Shown here: one piece after another, positions 1 to 8,366 of the stretch
How positions within the stretch are numbered: the first letter of the stretch is position 1
Layout: each line of letters begins with the position of its first letter
Assembly (NCBI GenBank): GCA_043743335.1
Contig: JAYTWR010000193.1
Location: 32,692 to 96,691 of the forward strand
From: Burkholderiales bacterium
GTDB taxonomy: Bacteria; Pseudomonadota; Gammaproteobacteria; Burkholderiales; SG8-41
Length of the DNA: 64,000 nt
Direction: 5' to 3'
The notes under the pieces: generated by a model
What the model saw: the letters and a program-made list of their open reading frames with translations, nothing else
Database searches by the model: none
Told to the model about the DNA's origin: nothing
Program-made: the position numbers and the translations under genes

Positions 1-370
1 CCGCAAACTCGCCGCGCTGCGCCGCGCGCACAAAATCGTAAAGCATGTCTTGATCTTGCACCCAGATGTCGGCGTCTATCCACAGAATCACATCGGCGTT
101 TTTGACATAGTTCGGCAGAAAGGGCCGTGCGGTCATGGCCTTGAACCACTCCGGAACGCCTTTCCACTGCGTCACATCCACGTCCCAGCCGGGATTGATC
201 AGGGCGTGCCCGGCGTGTTCCAGCTCGGCACGCTGTGCTGCCGTCAATCCGACATCCAGAACGTGTAGATGGAAATTGCCTAAGCGGTCTATACCGGCCA
301 GCGAGCGTATGAGGTGCCCGAGGCTGGCAAAATAGATATCGTTGGCCGCGGTGGCAATGGCGATGCGCAT
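1..370 (-). CDS. glycosyltransferase family 8-like protein, N-terminal part (gene runs off window start)
   Basis: Own translation of the minus strand from the ATG at 370-368: MRIAIATAANDIYFASLGHLIRSL...VILWIDADIWVQDQDML. It has an N-terminal A-x-D-x-Y motif and a DAD (DXD) motif of GT-A/GT8 type. It is absent from the ORF track because no stop lies inside the window. Confidence 0.55.
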   Translation of the reverse strand, partial: MRIAIATAANDIYFASLGHLIRSLAGIDRLGNFHLHVLDVGLTAAQRAELEHAGHALINPGWDVDVTQWKGVPEWFKAMTARPFLPNYVKNADVILWIDADIWVQDQDMLYDFVRAAQRGEFA

Positions 371-444
371 GAGGTGCGGAGCATGATTCGAATGCGAGGC
401 ACTTTAGCATACCCCTGTACGCGCCGTCACCACGGCAGACTATA

Positions 445-2634
445 ATGCGCGTGCGCCGCAACCCGACAAAACCAGCACGCCTAACCTTCATGCCGCGATT
501 GGACGATCAACTGCAAAAAGCATGGGGCGCATTGCAAAGCGGCAACCTCGTCGGCGCCATCGGCGTTCTCGAAACCCTACTCCAGCGTGCGCCAGCCAAT
601 CCGCAAGCGCTGTGCCTGCTGGGCATGGCGCGCGTTGCAGCGGGCGATGCGCTCAACGCAGTAGCGCCACTGGAGCAATCGCTCAAGTCAGATGCGCGCA
701 ATGGCATGGCGCTGGACAGCTTGGGCCTTGCTTTTTTAAGCTTGGATCGTTTTGCCGACGCCGCGCAAGTGTTACAGCGGGCGGCCGAGATACCCGATGC
801 GCCGGCGGTCGTCTTCATGCGACTGGGGCTGGCGCTGCTGCATCTGAACGATGCGGCCGGCGCGGTGCAGCATCTGTCGCGCGCCGTGCGTCTGGACCCC
901 GCGGACCTCAATGGCAAACTGAATCTCGGCAAGGGCTTGTTGCGATTAGGTGATGCCGCAGCGGCGCGCGAGCAATTTTTAGCGGTGTTGCAAGAGGCCC
1001 CTAACGATTTGAATGCGCACGAGGGCGTCGCACAAAGTGGTGTGGCCTTGGGGCGTTTGCAAGAAGCCCTACCGCATCTGCGTTTTGTATCCGCTGCCGA
1101 GCCGCAAAACAGCGTCGCGCTATATGGTTTAGCGTCAGTGCTCTTTGAAACGGGCCAATTGGAAGAGGCTGAAATTCTGGCCGAGCGCCTGCTGACGCAA
1201 CAGCCTGATGTGGCTCACGCCTATACCTTGCTTTGTAACTGCTTGTTTATTAACAATAAATTTGATAAGGCTTTGGCGCTTTTGGAGCAGGGCTACGAGC
1301 GCACTGGCGATGGCGAACTGCTGGGTCTGCTGACCTTTCAGTATCGGCAAATCTGCGATTGGCCCAAATGGCGGGCGTCGTGGGACAAGCTGGCGCCGCT
1401 GGTGGACACCCGCGCGGCGTTAGGCAGTCCGTTTTGGCTGTTGTGTGAGCCGATTACCGCCGCGCAACAACTGCGCTACACGCAAGCATGGGCCAAGGCG
1501 CGCTTTAACGGCATTCTCCCCATGCCGCCCGCAGGTAACACTGCGCCGCGCGAAGGCCGCCGCTTGCGCGTGGGTTATTTGTCATCGGATTTTCAGGAGC
1601 ACGCCGCTGCCTATTTGATTGCAGATGTCATCGAACATCACGACCGCAGCCGTTTTGAAACATTTGCGTATTCGTATGGCCCGCAAGACAACAGCGCCAT
1701 GCGCCAACGCCTGCTGCTGGCGTTTGATCACTTTGTCGACATTGCGTGGGAGACCGACGACGCGGCTGCTGCACGCATCCGTGCTGATCAGATCGACATT
1801 CTGGTGGAACTCAAAGGCTACACCGTGGGCGACCGCATCACTATCATGGCGCGCCGACCCTGCAACATACAGGTGACGTGGCTGGGTTATCCCGGCACCA
1901 CCGGCGCGCCGTTTGTGGATTACCTGATTGCCGACGCCTACATTATTCCGCCGGGCGAAGCGTCAACGTGCTGCGAGCAGGTCGTGCGCATGCCGCACAG
2001 CTACCAGCCGAATGACCGCAAGCGCGTGGTTGCCGAGCCATTAAGCCGTGCCGAGTACGGCCTGCCCGAACGTGGACACCTATTTTGCTGTTTCAACCAA
2101 ACGTACAAGATCACGCCGGATGTATTTGCGGTGTGGATGCGCCTGCTGCAACGCATACCCGAAAGCGTGCTGTGGCTGGTGGATGGGCCTTCGCTGACGA
2201 AGGAAAATCTGTGGCGCGAAGCCCAGTCGTTGGGCGTTGAGCGAAACCGACTCATTTTCGCGACACGCAAGCCCTATGCAGAGCATCTTGCGCGGTACCG
2301 TGTGGCGGATCTTGCGCTCGATACCTTTCCCTACACCTCACACACTACGCTAAGCGATGCCTTGTGGTGTGGTTGCCCGACCGTGGGCTTGCGTGGCGAA
2401 ACGTTTGCCTCGCGGGTTTCGGGTAGCCTGCTCATGGCGGCAGGACTGCCAGATTTGATTACGCATAATCTTGACGATTACGAGCAACTGGCCTGTCAGA
2501 TTGCTGGTAGCGCAGACGTCCTGAAAAACCTGCGCTCAAGGGTGGCGCAAGCCAAGGCAACGGCACCGCAATTTGACTCAGCTTTGTTCGCACGCGACCT
2601 CGAAGCAATTTTCGAAACCCTGATCCGACGATGA
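445..2634 (+). CDS. TPR-repeat protein with C-terminal GT41 (O-GlcNAc transferase/SPINDLY-like) glycosyltransferase domain
   Basis: 729-aa ORF. The N-terminal half has TPR-like A/L-rich 34-aa periodicity. The C-terminal half carries GYLSSDF..EHHDRSRFE, WLGYPGTTGAPFVDYLIAD, FCCFNQTYKITP and LDTFPYTSHTTLSDALWCGCP, typical of bacterial OGT-like enzymes. The start could instead be the ATG at 490. Confidence 0.85.
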   Translation: MRVRRNPTKPARLTFMPRLDDQLQKAWGALQSGNLVGAIGVLETLLQRAPANPQALCLLGMARVAAGDALNAVAPLEQSLKSDARNGMALDSLGLAFLSLDRFADAAQVLQRAAEIPDAPAVVFMRLGLALLHLNDAAGAVQHLSRAVRLDPADLNGKLNLGKGLLRLGDAAAAREQFLAVLQEAPNDLNAHEGVAQSGVALGRLQEALPHLRFVSAAEPQNSVALYGLASVLFETGQLEEAEILAERLLTQQPDVAHAYTLLCNCLFINNKFDKALALLEQGYERTGDGELLGLLTFQYRQICDWPKWRASWDKLAPLVDTRAALGSPFWLLCEPITAAQQLRYTQAWAKARFNGILPMPPAGNTAPREGRRLRVGYLSSDFQEHAAAYLIADVIEHHDRSRFETFAYSYGPQDNSAMRQRLLLAFDHFVDIAWETDDAAAARIRADQIDILVELKGYTVGDRITIMARRPCNIQVTWLGYPGTTGAPFVDYLIADAYIIPPGEASTCCEQVVRMPHSYQPNDRKRVVAEPLSRAEYGLPERGHLFCCFNQTYKITPDVFAVWMRLLQRIPESVLWLVDGPSLTKENLWREAQSLGVERNRLIFATRKPYAEHLARYRVADLALDTFPYTSHTTLSDALWCGCPTVGLRGETFASRVSGSLLMAAGLPDLITHNLDDYEQLACQIAGSADVLKNLRSRVAQAKATAPQFDSALFARDLEAIFETLIRR

Positions 2635-2683
2635 AGCTTGAAAAACGTCTATTTCACCAAAGTTCCGGTTTGGCGCAACGGGA

Positions 2684-2977
2684 CTACCTGATCGAGAATT
2701 CGACGGGCGGTGTGGTTCTAAGCTTGCGCTCCTTGCGTACGACTGCCGCGCGCACGGCGTGCGCGATATCCGCTTGCGTTGCCGGTCGGCGGCGAGTCGC
2801 AAGAAGGCCGTAAGCCTCCTCGGGCGCAAAGCGCTTTCCGGTGTCAACAGGGCGCAGCAGTATCCCTTGTGCTGTGCGCTCGAACGCCACCTCACCGCCG
2901 ATGCAGATTTGCCCTGCCTCGCGTAAGTGGCGTGGAATCACGATTTGCCACTTGTTGGAAACCTTTGACGTGTCCAT
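2684..2977 (-). CDS. AbrB/MazE/SpoVT-family antitoxin-like DNA-binding protein (no intact partner toxin)
   Basis: 97 aa. WQIVIPRHLREAGQICIGGEVAFERTAQGILLRP is a swapped-hairpin AbrB-type domain, and the C-terminal tail resembles VapB-type antitoxins. Confidence 0.7.
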   Translation of the reverse strand: MDTSKVSNKWQIVIPRHLREAGQICIGGEVAFERTAQGILLRPVDTGKRFAPEEAYGLLATRRRPATQADIAHAVRAAVVRKERKLRTTPPVEFSIR

Positions 2978-3080
2978 CAGAGCGCTCCTAATTATTTAAC
3001 AATAATAACGTGCATTGTGCCGCGCTCCCGCCGGGCTTGCAACACGAACGCTGCGCCACGCTTGTTCGTCAATCGGAAAA

Positions 3081-3144
3081 CACCCATAAAAAAACGGGTG
3101 CCGAAGCGCCCGTTAAATCTCAACTTAAAGGTGTAAAGCTAAGT
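3081..3144. repeat. 64-bp direct repeat copy 1 (contains a minus-strand rho-independent terminator downstream of vapC)
   Basis: 62/64 identical to 4693-4756. The hairpin ACGGGTGC-CGAA-GCGCCCGT is followed by a T-run when read on the minus strand. Confidence 0.85.
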
Positions 3145-3179
3145 GTCGAAAAACGCGCAGGGCATTAGCCCGATTTCCA

Positions 3180-3599
3180 TTAAGGCGCGTTCCAAGGATT
3201 AATCAAATCGATGCCAGCGCCCTTATAGTCTCGCACGTTGCGGGTTGCCAGAACAAAACCTCGCCTGATAGTAATAGCGGCAATCGCGCAATCGCCAAAG
3301 TGAATCGGATTACCCGCTGCTTGCGTGCCCGCGAACACACGCCCAAATGCGTGCGCGCTGTCCTGATCGAACGATAGTACACGCCCCTCAAACTGGGCGA
3401 CTAATTCTGTCGTCGCGCCCTGCAACGCCGTGCGGCGTTTCCCCACGGGCAATGTCTCGATGCCCGCCTGTAGCTCGGCCAAGGTAATTGTAGTGAGGTA
3501 GAGCGTTTCCGGTGCCTGCCGATCCAACCAAGCCAACACCGCCGCATCAGGCTTCGATTTGAGGGGTTCGGAGACAAGATGGGTATCCAGAATAATCAT
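3180..3599 (-). CDS. vapC: PIN-domain toxin, VapC/FitB family
   Basis: 139 aa. It starts MIILDTHLVSE (PIN N-terminal acidic motif) and ends LATRNVRDY. It overlaps the upstream antitoxin gene by 4 bp. Confidence 0.85.
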   Translation of the reverse strand: MIILDTHLVSEPLKSKPDAAVLAWLDRQAPETLYLTTITLAELQAGIETLPVGKRRTALQGATTELVAQFEGRVLSFDQDSAHAFGRVFAGTQAAGNPIHFGDCAIAAITIRRGFVLATRNVRDYKGAGIDLINPWNAP

Positions 3600-3832
3600 G
3601 ATTCAATGTTCACCGGCCGAACCGGGCTACGCCTGCGCGTTTTGGGAAATTCAATGCCCCCATATTTACGACCGATTTCCGCTAACGCTGTGCCCATGCC
3701 ACGCTGCGGTCGCACCGCGTTTTGTAGGATCATGCGCATTTCGGCCTCGGTACTGCGCCCACGCTGTTCAGCGCGTTTCTTTAGCGCGCGCAGGGTTTCA
3801 TCGGGCAAATTTCGGATGGTCACGGCTGCCAT
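3596..3832 (-). CDS. vapB: ribbon-helix-helix antitoxin, FitA/VapB (Arc/MetJ-like)
   Basis: 78 aa. MAAVTIRNLPDETLRALKKRAEQRGRSTEAEMRMIL is an RHH motif. The gene is coupled to vapC through an ATGA overlap. Confidence 0.75.
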   Translation of the reverse strand: MAAVTIRNLPDETLRALKKRAEQRGRSTEAEMRMILQNAVRPQRGMGTALAEIGRKYGGIEFPKTRRRSPVRPVNIES

Positions 3833-3838
3833 AATTAA

Positions 3839-3917
3839 CTATCGCTATCACTATCACTATCACTATCGTTTCGTCAAATTGATACCGCTACGATATCATT
3901 TGCAACAAATGATAGCA
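3839..3917 (-). promoter_or_regulatory. putative vapBC operator/promoter region: 5 tandem CTATCR hexamers plus a TATCATTTG-CAA-CAAATGATA palindrome
   Basis: Hexamers lie at 3839-3868, immediately upstream of the vapB ATG. The palindrome lies at 3894-3914 and includes TGATAGCA (3910-3917). A TTGACG -35-like hexamer on the minus strand sits just upstream of the hexamer array. Confidence 0.45.
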
Positions 3918-3965
3918 ACTCGGCGCTGGTTCAGAGCCCTATGACGCAAGGTCAAAGGAACCACT

Positions 3966-4277
3966 TCATCCACGGGTGCGTTTGAAGGCCCGCAGGGTGT
4001 TCGCGGCAAACATCTGGTTGCGGCCTACGATATGGCTGGGAACCAATTTGCCCGATTGAACCTGGCGGCGTAGCGTCGGCATCGACACCTCAAGATATTC
4101 AGCCGCTTCGGCGGCGGAAAAGCGTTCCCGTTGCAAATGACCAAACACCTGCTCGTGCGTGAAATCATCTTCGCGGAACGCTTGGCCCGTCAATAGAGAA
4201 AAAAACCGGGCGCGCTCGGTCTCGGGCATGCGCTTCATCTCGGTAAAGAGATCTTCTGCCTTCAGTGCGTGGCTCAT
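3966..4277 (-). CDS. helix-turn-helix (excisionase/MerR-like) antitoxin of a toxin-first TA pair
   Basis: 103 aa. The C-terminal AAEAAEYLEVSMPTLRRQVQSGKL is an HTH. It overlaps the upstream RelE/ParE-like gene by 4 bp. Confidence 0.6.
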   Translation of the reverse strand: MSHALKAEDLFTEMKRMPETERARFFSLLTGQAFREDDFTHEQVFGHLQRERFSAAEAAEYLEVSMPTLRRQVQSGKLVPSHIVGRNQMFAANTLRAFKRTRG

Positions 4278-4597
4278 TGCACAACTCCTTTGCCGTTTTC
4301 CAGCCGCAGATAATGCTTCAATGCGTCGTAAAAATTCTCGTGCATTCCAACTTTATAGAAATCGATTGCCAAGAATTCCAAGGGCGCATGCTTCGTTGGC
4401 GCTCTATAGGCCAGCAGGTATTCTTGGCGATTGAAGCGGAACTTGTAAACCCGTATGCCGGCCAGATCGCCTACCTTCAGCTCGCCGATATCCGGTGTTT
4501 CGCAAACCGCCTCGACCGCATCCTCAATGGCCAGTTGCAAGGGTTTGTGCGCTTTTTTGACATACTGGACGAACGGGCGCTTAAAATTCGATCGCAT
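4274..4597 (-). CDS. RelE/ParE-superfamily toxin (toxin-upstream, HigB-like arrangement)
   Basis: 107 aa. The KKLQKALEDA-like N-terminus, GELKVGDLAGIRVYKFRFNRQEYLLAYR, is typical of type II RelE/ParE toxins. Confidence 0.7.
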   Translation of the reverse strand: MRSNFKRPFVQYVKKAHKPLQLAIEDAVEAVCETPDIGELKVGDLAGIRVYKFRFNRQEYLLAYRAPTKHAPLEFLAIDFYKVGMHENFYDALKHYLRLENGKGVVQ

Positions 4598-4603
4598 GAT
4601 TCT

Positions 4604-4632
4604 ATATTAGATATTGTTTGATTTTAAGTCAA
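4604..4632 (-). promoter_or_regulatory. sigma70-type promoter TTGACT-N17-TAATAT for the toxin-antitoxin operon, placed for a leaderless transcript
   Basis: On the minus strand the -35 is at 4632-4627 and the -10 at 4609-4604. Only 6 nt separate the -10 from the ATG at 4597, and no SD is present. Confidence 0.5.
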
Positions 4633-4692
4633 ATCATAGCTTAATGAGATGAATAACCGACCAAGTCCTTCCACAAAGCACGAACTTCTTGG

Positions 4693-4756
4693 CACCCATA
4701 AAAAAACGGGCGCCGAAGCGCCCGTTAAATCCCAACTTAAAGGTGTAAAGCTAAGT
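4693..4756. repeat. 64-bp direct repeat copy 2 (3' UTR and terminator of the porin gene)
   Basis: 62/64 identical to 3081-3144. The hairpin ACGGGCGC-CGAA-GCGCCCGT (4706-4725) plus a T-run on the minus strand begins 11 nt after the porin stop. Confidence 0.85.
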
Positions 4757-4767
4757 TACATCCGTGC

Positions 4768-6063
4768 TTAGAACTTGTGAACCATGCCGAAGGCAATTGC
4801 GTTGGAATCCGAACCCGGGTTGACGGTCGTGGTGGAGCCGCCAATTTCGTAGTTCGCGTTATTCTTGTTGTCAAGACGCGAGTAGCCGAGCGTCAACTCC
4901 GTACGCTTGGACAGCATGTGTACGTAACGAATCGACGCTATCGACGCGCCGGTGCCAGAGTAGCCACCCAGAGCAATCGCTGTCGGCAACGGACGCTGAC
5001 CCATCGCCGGGCCGAACGCCACTGCAGTGGCCAAGCCGCCGGTCACATCACCCGCGCGCGAGTACGCTGCGCGCAAGCCGTGCGGCCCGGAGATCGTCCA
5101 GTCAATACCGACATGCCAGGTGTTGACTTTGGTCGATTGCGCCAGAGCCGAGGTGTCAGCCTTTTGCTGGGAATACTGCGCGCCCAGTTTCAGGCTGTTC
5201 GAGAACGTGTACGAACCCGCCAACACCCACGCACTTTCAGAGCTGCCGTTACAGGCGCTCAACGCCGTAACCGGGCCGGCTGCCACTGCGTTCGGGCAAG
5301 CTGCGCCTGCGGCCGTTACGCCGTAGAAGTCTTTATGCTTTTCATACGCCAAGCCCAAGCTCAACGGGCCGTTGTTGTATTGACCGCCAATGGACCACAG
5401 ACGCGCTTTTAACTGGCCGTTGGTCGCACCCGTTTGGTTGTTGCCCACGGTAACAGACGCCATACCCGTGAAACCGCCAAAGTTCGGCGTGTCATAGGAC
5501 AGCAGGTTGTTTTGACGACGACGCCATGCGCCGGGGGTAGTGGCTAGGCCCAGTTGGGCTGCCGTGCCGTTCGGAGCGGAGATACTATAGGTGGATGATT
5601 GGCCATACAAAATGCGGCCCGCACCGTAAACACCGGTGTCGTTGGCACCGACCATGTCATTGGTCACACGCTTGAACGGGGTGCCCCAGTTGCCCATGAA
5701 AATGTTACCGAAACCGCCTTTGACGCCCATGGCGCTGTCGCGATTGCACAAACCTTGTGAGGTAGCACCGGTGCCCGTGTTAGCGCTGCCACGATAGTCC
5801 ATGGTGGTTTCGCACTGGAACCACGCCGACATACCGCCGCCCAGTTTTTCTTCGCCACGGAAGCCCAAGGCTGAACCGGGGTTTTGCCATTGGTCATAGC
5901 GGCTGCGCGGATCAGTTGCTGTGCGATCAGACGGCTTGATCGACGCGTATTCGGCAACCACTGCGCCATACACATTGACGGTTGCGTTTTGTGCGATAGC
6001 TACCGGGGCCATCATTGCGCCCAGTGCGCCGGTTACTGCTGCTGCTAATAGTTTCTTCTGCAT
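4768..6063 (-). CDS. outer-membrane porin (Gram-negative trimeric porin family)
   Basis: 431 aa. Signal peptide MQKKLLAAAVTGALGAMMAPVAIAQ, Gly/Tyr/Asn-rich beta-strand pattern, and the C-terminal motif FGMVHKF ending in Phe. Confidence 0.9.
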   Translation of the reverse strand: MQKKLLAAAVTGALGAMMAPVAIAQNATVNVYGAVVAEYASIKPSDRTATDPRSRYDQWQNPGSALGFRGEEKLGGGMSAWFQCETTMDYRGSANTGTGATSQGLCNRDSAMGVKGGFGNIFMGNWGTPFKRVTNDMVGANDTGVYGAGRILYGQSSTYSISAPNGTAAQLGLATTPGAWRRRQNNLLSYDTPNFGGFTGMASVTVGNNQTGATNGQLKARLWSIGGQYNNGPLSLGLAYEKHKDFYGVTAAGAACPNAVAAGPVTALSACNGSSESAWVLAGSYTFSNSLKLGAQYSQQKADTSALAQSTKVNTWHVGIDWTISGPHGLRAAYSRAGDVTGGLATAVAFGPAMGQRPLPTAIALGGYSGTGASIASIRYVHMLSKRTELTLGYSRLDNKNNANYEIGGSTTTVNPGSDSNAIAFGMVHKF

Positions 6064-6354
6064 GTAAATCTCCTTTTAAATTAAGCTTCCCCCACGCAAC
6101 GCAAGCCACTGATATCGGGTGCAACTGAACGGGAGTGTTTTTACTGACGCACTACTACTTAAAATACGCGCCTATTATCTGTTTACCCTCGCTCTAGCTC
6201 AACAGTACACGGGATAAAACTGACACAGAGTCTGCGCTTGTTGTGTCCATGCAACAGGTGATAAATACGCGTTAACGGGTATATCTAACGCCGTTAAATC
6301 GCTTTGTGCCGCCGTAAAACCGGCGGCTCGCCTTTGCATAAAACCTACAATATC

Positions 6355-6373
6355 ATTTAAAATCAATTACTTA
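6355..6373 (-). repeat. AT-rich box, 15/19
   Basis: Lies 21 nt upstream of the TPR-GT9 gene start. Confidence 0.6.
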
Positions 6374-6393
6374 TCGTTAGTGTTATTTAACCC

Positions 6394-8349
6394 ATGCCCC
6401 TTGCAACCGACCGCCAAATTGAGTCCGCCTTACAAAACCACCAACAGGGTGACTTGACGGGGGCCATGGCCGCTTACCGCCAGATATTGACGCAGGCGCC
6501 CGGCGATACGCTGGCCACGGGGCTGCTGGGCACCGCATTGCTGCAATCGGGCGATGCGCAACAGGCTTTACCCTATCTAGAAGCCGCTGTATCCAAGCAG
6601 CGCAACAACGCCGGGTTTTTGGGCCATCTGGCGCAGGCTTACTTTGAATTGACTATGTATGCCGACGCGGCAGAGCATTTTCGCAAGGCCTTGCGACTTG
6701 CGCCCGCCGAAGCGCAGTTTCAGCTTGGCTTGGCCAATTCGCTGGCGCTGCAAGGGCAGTACGCCGAAGCGCGGCGTTTACTGGAGCGCGTGCTGGCGCG
6801 GCACCCGCAACACGCCATGGCTTGGTTCAATTTAGGCCATGTGCTGCGCGACTTGCACGAACCCGCGCCCGCGATAGCGGCGTATCAAAAAGTGTTGGCC
6901 CTCGCGCCGGATTTTGCCGAGGCACGCAATGCGCTAGGCAATGTGCTGCATACCGCCATGCAGCTTGCCGCTGCCGAGCGCGAATACCGGCTGTGCATTC
7001 GCGATGCGCCGCAGTTTTTGCCCGCGCGGCAAAATTTGGTGTCGGTGCTGATTGATCAAGGTCAATTTGATGCAGCAGAAGCCGCGTGTCGCGACATTCT
7101 GCAACTCGACCCGGCCAACGCCCACGCGCACGGCATGCTGGCGGACACTTTTAACGCCCGCGGACGTTTGGTGGACGCCACACGCCACTATGCCGAAGCG
7201 GCGCGACTCGCGCCGGACGACATCGCCACGCGCATCAGCCTCGCTACCAAGCTGTGCGATACCGGCGACATCACGGGCGGCCTGCGCGAATTTGGCGAGG
7301 TGCTGCAACAACAGCCGATAGCGCAGCCAGCGATGCCGGAACTACATCAGGCTTTATCGACGATGTTTCTCGCGCACGGGTTTTTGGCCGAAGGCTGGGC
7401 GCATTATCGTCAGCGGCCCGCGTTCATCGCGTTTCGCGACAAACTCGCTGGCGTCACACTGACGCAAACCTTGCCTGAAATTTTGGCGGGTTTGCCTATT
7501 AGCGTGTTACGTGAACAGGGGCTGGGCGACGAAATATTTTTCCTGCGCTACGCGCGCTTGCTGACGCAGCGCGGCGCGCGCGTGACGTATCGCTGCAGCG
7601 ATGCCATTGCCAGCTTGATCAAACGCTTGCCTGACGTGGCCGAGGTGATTGCCAGCGACGCCGCAGTGCCCGCCTGCTATGCGGCGATTATGGCTGGGGA
7701 TTTACCCCACGCGCTGGGCAATTTGCCGATAGAACTTGGCGGTGCCGATCCGCTTTGGGGGTTCCCTTGGACACAAGCCCATTATTGCGCGCTGCCGCAG
7801 CCGAGTATTCGGATCGACCCCTTGCCCGACCGCGTGGCGCAAATGCGCGCGCAGCTTGCCGAAATCGGCCCGCCACCCTACATCGGCGTCACATGGCGTG
7901 GCGGCACGCCCCCCAGCGAACAAGGCGCAGGCTCGTGGGTGCTGTTCAAAAACGTGGCCATTGCGCAACTGGGCGCTGCGTTAAAGCCCTGTAAAGGCAC
8001 GTTTATCGCCCTGCAACGCAACCCGGAGCCGGGCGAAATCGCTGCGCTGGAAGCCACACTTGGTGCAAAGGTTCACGATTTTACCCATAAAAACAAAGCG
8101 TTAGAGGATATGCACGCCCTGCTCGCGCTGATCGATGAGTACGTCGGCGTGAGCAACACCAATATGCACCTGCGTGCCGCCGCCGGCAAAACGGCGCGCG
8201 TGCTGGTGCCCGCACCCGCGGAGTGGCGCTGGATGGCGACGGGCGACGCGTCACCGTGGTTTCCCGGCTTTTCGGTGTACCGGCAAAGCCTACACGGCAC
8301 GTGGGACGCAGCGCTGAGCCAACTCCAGCACGATCTGACCGCGCGCTGA
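6394..8349 (+). CDS. TPR-repeat protein with C-terminal GT9 (heptosyltransferase-like) glycosyltransferase domain
   Basis: 651 aa. TPR repeats fill the first ~330 aa. The C-terminal part has GLGDEIFFLRYARLL and VGVSNTNMHLRAAAGKTARVLVP, resembling GT9 signatures. Confidence 0.6.
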   Translation: MPLATDRQIESALQNHQQGDLTGAMAAYRQILTQAPGDTLATGLLGTALLQSGDAQQALPYLEAAVSKQRNNAGFLGHLAQAYFELTMYADAAEHFRKALRLAPAEAQFQLGLANSLALQGQYAEARRLLERVLARHPQHAMAWFNLGHVLRDLHEPAPAIAAYQKVLALAPDFAEARNALGNVLHTAMQLAAAEREYRLCIRDAPQFLPARQNLVSVLIDQGQFDAAEAACRDILQLDPANAHAHGMLADTFNARGRLVDATRHYAEAARLAPDDIATRISLATKLCDTGDITGGLREFGEVLQQQPIAQPAMPELHQALSTMFLAHGFLAEGWAHYRQRPAFIAFRDKLAGVTLTQTLPEILAGLPISVLREQGLGDEIFFLRYARLLTQRGARVTYRCSDAIASLIKRLPDVAEVIASDAAVPACYAAIMAGDLPHALGNLPIELGGADPLWGFPWTQAHYCALPQPSIRIDPLPDRVAQMRAQLAEIGPPPYIGVTWRGGTPPSEQGAGSWVLFKNVAIAQLGAALKPCKGTFIALQRNPEPGEIAALEATLGAKVHDFTHKNKALEDMHALLALIDEYVGVSNTNMHLRAAAGKTARVLVPAPAEWRWMATGDASPWFPGFSVYRQSLHGTWDAALSQLQHDLTAR

Positions 8350-8366
8350 AGCGCTAAAATCTGCGC

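Noticed and set aside
3579-3944. 121-aa plus-strand ORF with a YHYHYHY stretch
   Set aside because: The stretch is the translation of the CTATCA hexamer array, and the ORF is antisense to vapB. The repeats are interpreted as operator DNA instead.
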